From Convolutriloba macropyga (lineage: Eukaryota): DNA of 64,000 nt. Below, piece by piece: positions 12,001 through 25,709 of this stretch; position 1 is the first letter of the stretch; every line of letters starts with the position of its first letter. The position numbers were made by a program, and so were the translations under genes. The notes under the pieces are model-generated. The model had not been told where the DNA came from, ran no database searches, and worked only from the letters and a program-made list of their open reading frames with translations. The DNA is taken from NCBI RefSeq assembly GCF_964194025.1, contig NC_134470.1, positions 3,472,001-3,536,000 of the forward strand, in the 5' to 3' direction.

Positions 12001-15000
12001 ATGCTGAATTATTTTTTGTTAAGCGTACGCGCGTTGCGGGGTCACTAATAAAAATAGGATTACGTTTCATGGGTAATTTTGAACTAGTTTTTTGCGGAGC
12101 GATTGACGTATTGTCTTTTATTAACAATTTAGGCTTAGCGAAATTTATATTCAATACTTGTTTTGTATATGTGTTAGAAAAACTTTTTGCCGGTTGATAA
12201 AGGTTGAGGGATATATAATCGACATGTCCCATCTTTGAGCCTGGCAAATGTTCTACTTTAAACTGATAGGGTAAAAGTCGATCAACCCATCGTGATAAAC
12301 GACTTATAGTTTTTGCTTGGTCTGTGTTCTTTTAAAATTGCAAGAAGAGCTCGATGATCAGTTATGATAGAAAATTCTTTGCCATAAAGGTTATTTTCAA
12401 TATATTCTATGCAACAAACCACTCCAAGGAGTTCAAGTTCATTGATGCTATTACGTTCTTCATTACTATTTAAAACTCTAGATGCAAAAGAAATCGGTTT
12501 CCAACCATTGACTGTCAATTGTTCTAATGCTGCTCCAAGGCCAGGGAGAGAAGCATCACATTTTATACGTGTTTCGAGTTGCGAATTATAGGGAATGTTT
12601 TCTGTGTGATTCGCGATTCGTGTTTTTTAGAGCATTAAAATGTTTAATGTGTTCGTCAGTCCAGATGTATTTTGTAGATTTACGAAGAAGGGGTCTTAGA
12701 GGATGGCAAAGTTGAGCTAGATTGGGAATAAATTTACTAATATAATGCTCCGAACCAAGGAATGAGCGTAACTTTTTAAGTGTTTTAGGTGGTTGCAATG
12801 AAACGATTGCCGAAGTTTTAGTTTCTAGAGGTGTTGTCCCTGATTGGGTAATATTATATCCCAACCATGAAATTTCTTGCTTCGCGAAATGACATTTAGG
12901 AAGATTGATACGAAGATTACTAGCGTCCAGTTTTTTTAAGCAATCTACTACAAGATCAAAATGATCCTCTTCTGAACCTTTGCTTACAATCAATATGTCG
13001 TCCAAAAAAGTGTTTTTAAGACCAATTAAGTTATAATCCATCGCCTTCTTAAACTCTGCAGGCATGTCTGTAAGTCCATAAAACCCTTTTCTAAATCGGT
13101 ATGTGCCTGTCTTGTCGCCTGGACGATATTAAAATTAAAATGTTTGGCTGTGTCAGGGTAACGATTCATTTGGCTATACGCGTAATTTAGGTCTATAGTA
13201 GAGAAATAGATTTTTTCCGCTGGTTCTGTTTTTTAATTTTGAATATTTGGCATTTGATACTTATTTGTATGTATGGATTTGTTAAGAATTCTAGAATCCA
13301 AGGCTAATTTTATTATTTGGTCGCTTTTAACTGTAATAACTATAGGGGAAAAATATTGATCAGAGCAATTATCAAGTTTTTCTATGTGTCCTTCTTTAAG
13401 AAGATTTTTAATTTCACTATTTACTCGGTCTTGTAATTATTGGGTACTCTTCTACCCTTTTGATTTTTGGGTTGGAAATTTTTGTGAAATTTAGATTTAA
13501 CTATGTGAATTATTGATCTGCCAATGCGTTAGATAAGTTGAGGAAAATGATTTGCTATGAGTGTTTAAAATGGGCACTGAGTTGTGATAGTGTTGACCAT
13601 ACTACCTTCATTTGAACAAAGAGTTTGAGTGATTGAAATTTCAAGGACTTCAAATAAGTCTCTGCTAATCAGTGGTTTCAGTCCGTCTTGAACAACCACA
13701 AATTCGGCGTCTTCGATCCGCCACCCATTACTTTCTATCGGCGCTTGCATCATTCCAATGACAGACATTGGTTCATTAGCAAAGGTCTTGAGTTCTTGAG
13801 CAGGTGCTGTTGTCAGCCATCGTGCAAGAATAGAATTGTTGACTACTTTTGTAGCAAGAGATTCATTCAAAATGCTACAAACGCTGCCGGAGTCAATGAG
13901 AAGTCCTACTTTAGTGTTTCCGATCTGTGAAGTTGTATTCTTGGAATCGATTTGATTTTTGTTACTAGCAATGCTAGCTAAAATGTTATCATCGGAACTA
14001 TCATAGTTGAATTCACATTGAGGATTGTAATTTGCATTTTGGATCGCATTGACAGACTGTTTAATTGTAGTTTCCTCCATTGAGTTAACATTAGAACGAG
14101 TGGGCTTAGTGGATGAAGACTTCCGCTTACGGCATACTCATGAAAAGTGATTATGTAAACCACAATTATCGCACGTCCTGCCTTTTGCATTACCTTTACT
14201 CTTGTGATTTGCTGACCAAGTCAGGCCACAATTACGGCATAGTTGGTTCGACTGTCGAATAGAAGTTGAGATATTTGGCCGTTGATTTGATTGGCGAAAA
14301 GGCCGTTGTGGAATTATAGCATTGACATTCGAATTGGGTTGTGTGTTTGAAATCTGTAACTGATTCCGTTGTCCGAGTTCCATTCTTACGACCAAACGTA
14401 AGGCTTGGGGCGGTTCGAGAGTTTCTGTAAGTAATTCTTTTGAATTTCGGGATTTTGCATACTTGCAATGAAAAGATCTCTGATCGGTGTATCTTTTCTT
14501 GATTTCCAAGATCATAATTCCAGAACAATTCTTTCAATTTGCCAAAGAGATGTTCAATGGATTCCCCTTCTACTGTTTGGTAGTGAGGAGCATGTACCTA
14601 TCAAAGGTTATGTTTCGCTGATGAATGAATGTAGATTCCATGATATTCCAAAGCTCCACTGTTGTCAGTATGTCCCTCTTGAGATGCGGGTTTCTGCTAC
14701 ATATGATGCGTCTTCCTTCGGTGTACAAACTGAGATATAGCATTGATACAGTCTTACGGTCTGCCTGTGTCCATGGCTTGTCTCCACACATGATCCCAAT
14801 CTCCATCTGTTTCTGACATCGAATTTCCCAGTTCATTTTCAATTGCGCATTTCTTGCTAGTCGTTCTCGTTCCGATTGAGCTGAGGAACCTGTTATTTTA
14901 TTCTCGTAAATCGGTTCTAATGGTAGTTGAACACTTTCGGGCTTTGATTCAAGCAAAATGTCTAATGCAATGTTCTCCTTCGCAAGAAGAGCCAGTTTTG

Positions 15001-15105
15001 CCTGCATCTGCCATATCTCCCACTTCAACGGAGGGTCTGCACTCGGTTTTCCCCAGAAAGGCTCGATGCCGAGTGGGTTCGTTTTTGCTTTGCTGTTTGC
15101 GCCAT
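9075..15105 (-). pseudogene. Fragmented gag-pol of element C
   Basis: Gag (IEPFWGKP, CxxC knuckles), protease LIDSGS (13565-14080), RT 'FLDD' (12586-13065), RNase H 'ELELLGVV/TDHRAL' (12282-12518), integrase HHCC and core (10423-10923). Many stops and frameshifts. Collinear with element A. Confidence 0.93.
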
Positions 15106-15549
15106 GTCGTACACAAACAATATTGTGTACTTGAACTTGCAGTGCCAATCAAAATTAAAATTTATGGTTCGTTTATTTTTGTGGCAAGTGAATTTAACAC
15201 TGTTTTGCAAATGAATTCGCTTAGCGAATCGTCTGCCTGACACTTGTCTATTTTACTCAGATAGTAAAATACGGCTGATAAGGAATAAGATAAATTAGGC
15301 AACTATTCAGAGATGGAAAACAAAGAGAAAGAAAATTTAGAACAGTTAGCAACTGAGAAATCATAACTAAATGTTAACACATAAATCCAAGAGCGGGAAT
15401 TTGGGCAACAGACATAATGTGTGAAATAAAAGTGGTAGACACTGAACTTAAAATGAATTTATGATACTGCCTTCAAGATTAGGTACAACATTAAATAAGT
15501 ACATCGTATAATAATTTTACTGCAACAAATAAAATGATTATGTACAACC
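15105..15549 (-). repeat. 5' LTR of element C
   Basis: Homologous to 8473-8918, first base mutated (GG for TG). Followed by PBS-like TGGCGCAAACAGCA (15104-15091). Confidence 0.92.
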
Positions 15550-18500
15550 GAACAAATAATTTTATATTAATTCTCACCCCCAGCACTTACCGCGCGTATT
15601 TAGTTTCAATTTTAGCTTTTTCGAGTAGAGCGCTTCAATTGTCATTAGTTTTTCAAACCCGCAACATGGATCATTTAGGTCCTACTCGATATTATGCGCT
15701 GGCTGTACCACAACATTCAGCAAGGTGTTGTTCCACCGCAGAATCGTTATTTTGATCAGCGAAATTTCTAGTCGTAACAAAAAGTCTGTTTTCGCCAACG
15801 AGAATTAGAATTACATCCATTACCTGTAGCCTCATATACCCCATGCGGTTTCAGAATTCAATTAAATAAGATGATATCAGAATGGACAAGAAGGTTTTTA
15901 ACTTTCTTGTCGTGAAAATGAGTTGAATAGCACGCAGTGTTTTCATTCTACTCACAAAATTTTGATTGACGTTTCCTATGTATTAAACAAAAAACATCGG
16001 CTCATGCACATTTTTTAGAACTGTGTTTGTGTTGAGATGTTGTTCAGTTTTGCTGCTGTTGCTCATTGACAATACTGGATGGCCACTCAGGCCAATACAG
16101 TGTTTTTCCAGAGCTCTTGATTTTCATCAAGGGCGATAACAAAACTTTTCCAATCACTCTTTGCATTAAATTCCTATGCATGGTCCCTTGAATCACTTTT
16201 TTATTTTGTGGCGGCGCACTGCAATGGCAATTGAAGATTTTTGTTAACCAGATCTATTTGCTTCTATCATTAATGTATGTTTTAACCATCAAGATAAGTA
16301 GTAATCATAATTAAGTATAACCAAGATGAAGAAAAACGAATAATTGTTTGAATAAAATCTGGATGTTTAATTTTTTTGAGCATAAGAACTAAGTTTGCCT
16401 CCTTCTAAGCGACTAAGCAATTGGTTTTTGAAAGTATAATCATTCACATGATATCACGAATTCGAGACAATCTGATCAAAATTTCGTGCTTTTAATATCT
16501 AGCACGGTGATAATTTTTACATGTAAAATAAAATTCAATATGACTGAGAACCCAAGTGTATTGTTTCTTCTCAAATTGTTGTTGCTCAATGCATGCGACA
16601 AAAACTGGACAATTTCTAATATAGAATCGCAGAGTCATTTTGGTCAGTGCTAACAAAATTTGGTCAAGTGTTGCCCCTACGTTCATTTAAGCGCTAAACT
16701 TTGCGATAATTTTAAAAAGTCTTCGGAGTGCTCCTTGGTTGGTGTATAAACTATGCTCTTTTAGAGAAAAATGAATTCAAATGAACTGAAAAAAATTATC
16801 ATCAAGCGTTTATATTTGAAGCCAAATTATTTAACAAACATTTGTTTACAAAAACTTGTTTGTAATTATAAGCAAAAGAAAAAGATAAAAAAAAATTGCT
16901 GGTATATTTTTTAGCTTAAAACATTCTATTCAGAAATAATTTTGGGATTTAAATTTAACTTTAACGGAGGCATTCCCCATTAACTTTGGGATATTTAATT
17001 AATATCAGCTTTTTTTTAAAAAAAAAAACCCATCAAGGAAAACATTTAATTAATGGCGGTCGTTGGTACTTATGCGCTGCAATAACTGATCGAATAGAGA
17101 AAGATCTTTTTGATTTTCCACTGAAAAATTTAAAAACTTTTTTTAGAAGTGTGAGGTAAACTTTCGAAAAATTTTTATGCAAAGTTTACTTGAAACAATT
17201 TATGAGAAACGTAGTTTTGAAACTTACGTTGCAAACAATATGTCCCTGAAAATGTAGATTTTTAGTTCAATTGTTAACAAAAATGCTGACAGATTTGGAT
17301 TCAGTATATTGGAAAATTACAACCCAATTTTAAAAACCGTGATCGCAAGTATTTCGAGAATCGAAATTTTCAGAGGCATGCCCGATTAAGTTTAGGTTAT
17401 GTAAAAAATTTCAGTTTTTGCAAATAGATGGTGATCACATGAAAACATTGTAAATTCTCCTAAAATGTAGCAATATCAAATATCGAATTAAGTGTCATAT
17501 TTACGATCCAATCCGACAGAATTTTTCAGTTTCACAGAGATTGTTGTCTGCTCCTCTTTTTTATGAGTTCACTTTCTGATTTTATTGTCTATCTTGCAGT
17601 GCTCATTGGCGATGCGGCCACAGATGGCAAGAATTGACCTCTGACCTCTTCCCTTCTCGTGTTGCCCGCAAAACTCAGAAATTCTTCCAAGTTGTTGGTC
17701 GAGTCGCCGAGTTGTTTCTCCATCTGATAATAATCAAAAGAAGGAGGCTCGGTAATGTGCGTTCGCACATAAAGTTCTGACCCCGTTCATCTACATTTTT
17801 CACTTAAAGAGATAAAAAAACAAACATATCAACATATCGTTCAACAAACTACTAAATGAATAAAACAATCTACATTAAAGGGCCGATGAGACCCGTGACT
17901 ACCATCAAATGACTACCAGAAAATACGGCTATAAAAACCAGACCATAACTTGTTCATTGTCCATTTTTTGAAAACCATTAATAAACCAAATCAAAGTGGC
18001 ATCGGATAAAACCTATACTAAAATAAATTAACCTGTACTTCATCAGAAAAAAAGGGGTCTATTCCTCAATGCAACTTGGTAACAAGTCAACAAGAAATAA
18101 GCAAAAGGGCAAAGTTTAACAAAACGTTGCCTTTTTGTTGAAAAGAAATAATGTGAAACTGATTAGAAACAGTATACATCAAATGACATCATTGAGAGAT
18201 TATTTTATCCTTCCACAGAGAGCAGCTGAGACTTTTCATTTTCAAGGTTATGAAATACGACTACAAAAAGAACAACAAACACAGGCAGGAAATTTGCACG
18301 AAAAAATTACCACGAAATAATTTGCTGGAAAACCATGTCCCAGCCAATTAAACATTAAACATCTGAAAAATTGATTTCGTTTTTTAATCGACCAGAAAAC
18401 CGCCCAGTATTGTGATACTGTAAAAAGAAAACAAAAATATACAAAAATAAGCAAATATGCAAAATTCACGAAAATAAAATTTTTTGAAATTCGGTTGTAC

Positions 18501-19249
18501 TAAGAAGAAAAACCATTTGAAGAAAATAAAACCGTAAAAGAGCAATTTTACTTCAATGGATACGACATGTGACTTGTCTAAGGAGATGCTAAGCTAAAAA
18601 TTATAAAAATTAGACTGTAAAGTGAGAAAAAACCCAAACCAGAACAAAATGGGATAAGTTGAAGAAAACTTTTATTTTTTTATGAACAAATTTTATTTTA
18701 AAGTGAAAAAAACTTTTAGCTATATACCGATATCAGTTAATAAGTTCATTCATTTATCCATAGTTGTCTATTAAGACCTTTAATTACCCAAAATTTGGCA
18801 TACAACATCAAAAATTAACAACAAAACATGCAAAATTGAAAAAAAACTCTAACAAAGTCTGCAAGAGAACGGTGTGGCCGCACTTGAAACCATATGTTAT
18901 GGAAACAATACATACGTTTAGTTAGCATTTCTGTAACGTGTTTTCCAGTTAGATTGTTAAGTAAAGTAGAAATTTACCAAAAGCTTGTATGAAAACTCGT
19001 AATATCAAAACCAAGAAACCGTCCTTAAAAAACAATCCAACACAAAATTATAAATTAGTTTGAATTCAATAAGAAAGTAAGTTTGACTTGTACGTACTGA
19101 GATCAATCTAACAGTTGACAAAATATTATTAAAAAATTTTAAGTTCAAAAACACTGAATTTCCTTAAAACAAATACATTCAATGACATAAGAGACGTTAA
19201 GTAGCAACCGAATGCACATAGAAAGTTCTTTTACACTTTTTTAAAGAAG

Positions 19250-19390
19250 CCTTGTGGGTCTTTGAATGGTGAGACTTAGTAATCAGACTGCAAAAATAAT
19301 AACAATTGAAGGAAAAACACAAGAATTAAGTTAAAGTTTACTAAAATTCGTCTTTAAAGCCGTAAAGACCATTATATTCTCTAAATACAA
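19250..19390. repeat. Dispersed repeat; inverted copy at ~25860-26000
   Basis: agactgcaaaaataataacaattgaaggaaaaacacaagaa here matches the reverse complement of ttcttgtgcttgccttcaactgttattattttttgcagtct at ~25930-25970. Confidence 0.65.
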
Positions 19391-20959
19391 ACTACGTCTA
19401 CACTCGGCATTAATTTCACATAATTAAGGGTTTTGATCAATGGTGCTGTGCATAAAAAAAATTGTGGGAAATTAACATAAAAAACAAAAGAAAAATTTTT
19501 TGCAAAAAGGCAGCACCAAAATAAAAATTAAAAAAATTCTGATTGTAAGAAACTATGACAATATCAAACCTTTCCCTGATTATGCCTCGCATCCAACAAA
19601 CTCATCAAGTGTTCCAACTATTTGCAAATTAGACCAATTGTGGAGCGGAATAATTTGATTTTTTTAAAAAAAAATAAGGCTTTTTGTATAATTATCGACC
19701 TAAATTTGTAAAAAAAAAAAAATAGCAAAATTTTAATTCCAAAAGATTTTTATCGAGCGCCGAGTTTCAACTGGCTTGTTTTTGAAATTTGAAGAGATTG
19801 TGTCAGAGATTTTTAGGTCTCTGTTTTCGGCAAATTTAAACAAAGTGGACCGAAAAAGCATGTTTTTTTCAAATTTTGAAGGAAAAAGTCAAAGAAGGAA
19901 AAAGTCTTTTAGCCAAAGAGAGTGCAATCAAACAATTCAGCAACGCTTCTCTATCGCTACCGTTTTTTGCAGTATTAATAGCACTCTGCCGTTAAACATT
20001 TTATCACATTCTTTATAATATTAGCATAATTGTGCCAAATTTTAGCAAAAATTACTGAAAATGTGAATAAAACTGTCGAATATTCACAAAATTTAAACCT
20101 CAATAACTCCCTGTAAAAGACAAAATTTGAAACAATCTTTTTAATTCCATATTCTGGGATGTACGTGCTTTTTAATGATACCACTCACAACTCTCTACGA
20201 TCGGCCAAAATTGTCTGAGCAAAAAAACCCATTTGAGTATATAGTTCCTCCCTCCCCACTAAAGGGGGGGGGGGGGTTCGGAACAATAAAGGAGATTTGA
20301 TAATCAATCTGCTGAGTTTAATTGATGTGTATTCTATAAATGTCTCTTAAGTGCTTTAATCACTCCCTAGTTGAGCCTTTACTTCATGAAAAACTTATCT
20401 ATTCAAAGCGAGGGGCGGGCCAAATATCGACAATAATTACACACGTTCGAGTGCACCAGTTTAAGTCTGGACAAATTTTCTAAATAAGTAGAGCCTAATT
20501 CTATGCGCGGGTCAAGGCAAAAAATTTTTGAAAATTTTTGGGAAAGACTGAATTTTTTCATAGAGGAGCGTCATGCGGGGTTCTTCGAGACAATTATAAT
20601 AGGCCAACTCACGCCTGCAGGAGTATAAATTTCTGTTCGTTTTTCCATATGATTACATTCGTTTTCATATTTCCACGCAACAAGAAATCATAGCTGAAGT
20701 AATGCTTGCATGCAGTTATTTTCTCTTCTGTGGGCTACATTTCCGACACAAAGCACAGTTGAAAAATTCGCGAACCTTTAAATGTTGATTATAAGAACAA
20801 CAAAATGCATTCGCTATAAAATTGATGACATGTAGAAATGTCGAATAAGTCTTTGGTCGAGCCAAAATCGAGAACAAAATTATGTATCGGGGACAAAATT
20901 TACAAGCTTGAATTACGACGCAGTTCAACGCCGAGGACAGTCTTTTTTTATTTCCAGTC

Positions 20960-21993
20960 AAAATTCAGGAAATCTTTTTTAGGTTGAGGTCAGTCTTTTC
21001 ATAAATCAAGCCTTAACTACGGTCGTTCTGTTCGGAGTTACGTAACATAACATAGCATTTTATTACTCCTATTTATATCAGTATTGTTACAACCAACATA
21101 AGAAAAATCCACATAAAATATCTTCTCTCGAGTTGGGGGTGTTAGAATTGGGGGTGTTCTAACACACCCGGTTGCTTTTAAAGTGGGGGTGTTAGAATAT
21201 CGATCAAACTATAGTCCTGAAACTTCCAGAAAATTCATAGAAAAAAGTTTAACTTTCCAGATTACCAAGACAGGAGCAAGTTGATTTTAATCACAAAGTT
21301 TATATAAATGAATTGTCAGGAAATGGTGCTTAGAATCAATATTCGGTTCAAATTGGTGAATCTAGATAACTATTCTTAGAATGAGATTATTTGATGTAAA
21401 ATCTTCCCAGCATGTATTGAATGATTATGATACCAGCGGAAATGTGAACAAATTCTTAGAAAAGTTTAAATGCATACCATCTACGGTACCCCTGCGAGTT
21501 TTTTCTGGGAAACTTGCTGAAGCAAACCATATTGGGTAACCCTTGCGACCCCCACTGTAAATCATGGTGCTCAGATTAGTTTTGCATCTTGACTTTCTCG
21601 CACTGATAATGGGTATCTATACAGTTGATATTTGAGCCTTTTTCGTCCCCAAAATCAAATCACAATCGAGATCTAATAATCAGATCCCTCCTGTAAATAT
21701 TTAAATTTTACTGTAAAATATCATTTTGTTATTCTCTCATTTCGAGGAACTAATTTTTTCTACTTAGTTAAAAACGCCTTTTATTCCTCTTGCAAAAACC
21801 CATAACCCAACACAGTTAAAATTCATGAAATCTTTTTTATGTTGAGGTCAGTCTTTTCATAAATCAAGCCTTAACTAGGGTCGTTCTGTTCGGATTTACG
21901 TAACATAATTTAGCATTTTAATACTCCTATTTATATCAGTATTATTGCAAGCAACATAAGAATAATCCGCTCTTAAATGTCTTCGCTTGAGTT
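20960..21993. repeat. ~175-bp diverged direct repeat (20960-21134 and 21818-21993)
   Basis: Shared core gttgaggtcagtcttttcataaatcaagccttaacta.ggtcgttctgttcgga.ttacgtaacataa. Confidence 0.85.
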
Positions 21994-22894
21994 CAAAATA
22001 GATTTGATGACTAACCCCACTTAAATTTGGCCTGATTTAGTCGTAGAAGCCTTACTGTGACTGATTTCAACTTGTATAGTTCTCTGCGCTGTATTTCTGG
22101 GCCAATCTTCCGTGTTCTGTTTCCACCCAAAGCTTAGTAGGAGCAATATATTTACGCCCCCAAGTGAATGCTCTTTTGTAACGTTCTATTGCAGCGCATC
22201 ATTTTAAACTCAGGATCATATAAAAACATTCTTTCGACAAACTAGAAGAAAAAGTTTTATAAGTCTTATGATCTGGTTGCTCATCATTTCCAGGACTTAA
22301 ACTATACTACAAGGGGTGTTTTGCAAACGTACCTGCGCTAGCTTCACTTTGAATTCTTTAAGAAATGATGACTGAGTAACGAAGGCACTTGCAACTCTGT
22401 CACTGAAGGGATCTAAACAATCGCAAGTTTACAAAAAAAATGATGGTGTCTATCCTTTTGTGAAGTATCAATCAAAGTTGTTTTTTTAAACTCTTTTTGT
22501 AGTACGTAAAAGGCAACAACTCAAAATGATCATGCGTTACAATTTCGTTCTAACAGCTTTAAAAGCATCATAAATAACTACAAAATCATCCAATATTTTT
22601 CATAATAAATGGTTGTAACATCAATTATCAATTTTGGCCAGATATATTTTCTAGAATATTTTGTGAAAATTCAGTTTTGCTCTTTTTAAATTTTAAATCA
22701 GGTCACGGGACAAAGAACTATTTGGAGCTGAAACTTTTCCAGAAAATCGATCCGTTTCTGACCACTCCGTTAGTTTCGTGTTAATATAACATGAAATACT
22801 CTGGCTTGATTAATATTCATTTTTTAAAAAAAAATTGCGATGTATTGGGAGATAGAAGTATACTTGGGTTGAGGATGGAGTGGAAAAGTTGTAA

Positions 22895-23640
22895 GTAAAG
22901 AACGGAATTTGAGCGGACAGTTTAGCAGAATTCGCTAAAAGCCCTTACATTTTTTTGACAAGAATGAGCGAAAATTGAGCGGAATAAAACTGCAAGAAAT
23001 GAGCGGAATTTGAGCCGAAAAAAGGCAAGAACTCAGCAAAGGCTGAACCGAATAGAAAAGCAAGAAATGAGCGGAAATTTAGCGGAATCAAAAATGCGAT
23101 AAATGAGCGGAAATTGAGGGGAATCAAAAAACGCTAATTAAAAGCCGTTGAGACTTCAAAAAAAGCGCAATAGAGCCTATAACCAAATTTAAGAGCCTAT
23201 AGCTATATTATAGAGCCTATACTATACTATAGAGCCTGGAAACGTATCTTGTCTTATGCAAGAACAAATATTCTTGAATTTAGAATGTACTATGTTATAT
23301 ACTTATTGTTTCATCCGTTGCTTGTTTTTATTTTTGTTCCAATCAAACTTCTGCTCGAGTCAAAGTTCACTCCTTTTTGGTTTTCTATTCCGCCCAAAAT
23401 CCGCTCGTTCGTCGTATTTTTCCCAAGTGTGTAGATTCTGCCAAGTGGAAACTTTAAGACAACCTTTCAACAAAAAAAATTTTTCTCGAGGGCTTTTAAG
23501 AACCAAAGCTCCTTTTTTTCCCAATCAATTTTCCGTCGTATTTTTCCCAATCAAATTCGCTAATTTCTCTCATCTTTCTTCAGCAGTTCCGCTGATTCTG
23601 GTCAAATTCTGTTCATTCCGGTAATCTCTTAAACGTTTTT
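22895..23640. repeat. Degenerate foldback-like array (GAGCGGAA units, central TAGAGCCTA repeats, TTCCGC units)
   Basis: Purine-rich aatgagcggaa(a)tt units at 22895-23130, four agagcct units at 23171-23240, pyrimidine-rich complementary units at ~23390-23620. Confidence 0.5.
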
Positions 23641-24587
23641 CAGCGGACTTCTTGGCTCTAGTGAGGAAAAAACCTCGAAATTTATTTTTTTTTATTTTTT
23701 GAGTAATATTGTTTGGATTTGACTGTGTACATAAGAACTGTAGTTTATTTCTTTCATTTTTCACATGTTTTAATATAGTATAGGATTTAACTGAATGGAG
23801 GTTGATGATTGCATGCATACTCTAATAGACACCATTTTATTCTGCTTTGAAATGAGTTTGTATTGGCAACTAAAATACGCGTTTTGCAAACAAAATAATT
23901 AAAAATAACCAAAATGTGTTTGAAGCGCAAGTTTCATTTTAAAACAATAAAGGCATGCAAATTAGGCGACAACTATACTCATTAGATTTCACTTATAAAA
24001 TTGATTCAGTTTCACAAAATGCCAAAAAGTCATCTTGTGGAATCGGGCGACCAATTTAGTGTGCCTAGGTTCCACGAAAAAAAGATCTAAGGTGCGTAAA
24101 GGACCAAATTACAGTTTTTCTGTGCTCACAAAGGCTGGCTCGACAAGCACCTTATCTCAGCAGTTTCAAAAATTAAGTTGAATAATTGTTGGAAAATTTT
24201 GCGGAAAAATGGATTTCTTAATTTTTTGAAGCAGTCAGATTTTCTTTGTTTCTGCCAGGTGGAAACTTTAAGAAAACCTTTCAACAAAAAAGTTATGCTC
24301 AAGGGCTTTTAAAAACCAAAGTTTATGTCTATTTCTGCTAACATATCGGTGTGGTCTCAGCGTTATGCCCAAGTTCTAAGTATACCATTTTTTTTGGCAT
24401 TACTTTGTTTTCCTGAAGAATGGCTTTACTGAACATATAAACCTCATCGTACCTTACATATATATCTGTCGTCAAATGGTGAAAAAAATGAGAAAAATTT
24501 TGAAATGATTTGTAAAAAAAATCGTGTAGAAAAAATGGGCTGTGAGCTAGTATAAATTAAAATTATTTTGATTTTTTTGATTTTGAC

Positions 24588-24753
24588 CTCTGATAGCGAT
24601 TTTGATATTTTTGTAGTTTGCATCTTGTAACACCCTCGGTCTGACCTCTCCAGTGACCACATCCAGTTCGAACTGATCAAATTGGAACTGCTGGTAGTAG
24701 ACAAAGAAACCCACAAATAGCTCCCCTATTCCACAATCATTCTTACTCTTCAC
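24588..24753 (-). CDS. Probable exon of a terminal nucleotidyltransferase (TENT/TUTase), PAP-associated domain
   Basis: Acceptor tgtttag at 24754. 'NDCGIGELFVGFFVYYQQFQFDQFELDV' resembles the N..SLGELL.GFF.YY..FDF consensus of Cid1/GLD-2/TUT PAP-associated domains. Candidate donor AG/GTCAAA at 24587 is uncertain. Confidence 0.65.
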
Positions 24754-24799
24754 CTAAACATAGAATCGATATATCGTTCGTGAATGTTTTCAAAAATAA

Positions 24800-24970
24800 T
24801 TCGTAATCAAGATTAGGAACCCAGATTGGTTGGGTCCGTGACTGAAGCGGGCTCTATTCTGACATCTTAAGAGGGTGTTAGCTGGTGCACCTAATACGAA
24901 AATGGACCAATACTGGATTCAAACCAGCATCTCGCACCTACAATGCTAGTGTGCTAACCATTACTTGAAA
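24800..24970 (-). mobile_element. tRNA-derived SINE head / tRNA pseudogene
   Basis: Minus strand shows A-box-like AGTAATGGTTAGCAC and B-box-like GGTTTGAATCC at tRNA spacing (~24965-24915). No clean cloverleaf; extent of the body is uncertain. Confidence 0.45.
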
Positions 24971-25509
24971 AACGCTCGTGCAAATCTCAGAATGCCAGAT
25001 CTTAGCATTACCAGCTTTTAGAATGTCTGATCTTCCTTTATACAAAAATAGTTCTTAAAATACTCAATTATGTAAAAATGTGCTTTTCATTTAAATTTTA
25101 TATTACAGTTGTTGAAAACATTCCCACTAAATGAGCACCATCTGTTTCATCTGACATCATTTTTATTGAGCTATCAACACGCTCCTTTATATACATCTGC
25201 ATACGAATTGAAATATGAGGAGCAGCGGGGTTATACTCCTCGCCCTTTACTGTCCGACTTTCTTGAAAATTGGCATAGATATTGACCTGCAATATCAACA
25301 CTTCATGCAAAAATTATGTCGAGAGAAGTTCCATAGAATTTCGGTTCCAATTCTTTTTGCACTTCAATCCATCTTCTCCAGAGGTTTTCCAAGCATTGGA
25401 GTTTTTCACAAATCGTTTCCGCAAGTGTTGTATCCTCATCCGCCATTCTTTATTGAGGAAAGTTAACCCTTTTTTATTTGAAAAAAAAAACAACAAAAAA
25501 ATTGAATAA

Positions 25510-25709
25510 NNNNNNNNNNNNNNNNNNNNNNNNNNNNNNNNNNNNNNNNNNNNNNNNNNNNNNNNNNNNNNNNNNNNNNNNNNNNNNNNNNNNNNNNNNN
25601 NNNNNNNNNNNNNNNNNNNNNNNNNNNNNNNNNNNNNNNNNNNNNNNNNNNNNNNNNNNNNNNNNNNNNNNNNNNNNNNNNNNNNNNNNNNNNNNNNNNN
25701 NNNNNNNNN
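25510..25709. other. Assembly gap (200 N)
   Basis: Run of N. Confidence 1.

Larger units (their letters stand above)
8473..15549 (-). mobile_element. Full-length degenerate Ty3/Gypsy LTR retrotransposon (element C, Mag-like)
   Basis: Two ~445-bp LTRs, 5-bp TSD GAACA (8468-8472 and 15550-15554), PBS, PPT, and gag-PR-RT-RH-IN domain order. Confidence 0.95.

Noticed and set aside
15560-16230. Possible decayed integrase relic (minus strand 'KTLYWP')
   Set aside because: Only one short motif; the D,D,E core could not be traced.
24905-24970. Functional tRNA gene
   Set aside because: A/B-box-like motifs only; acceptor and anticodon stems do not pair convincingly, so it is treated as a SINE or pseudogene.
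25098-25496. Minus-strand ORFs as the missing central TENT exons
   Set aside because: In-frame stop between them and no nucleotidyltransferase motifs; more likely a decayed repeat.
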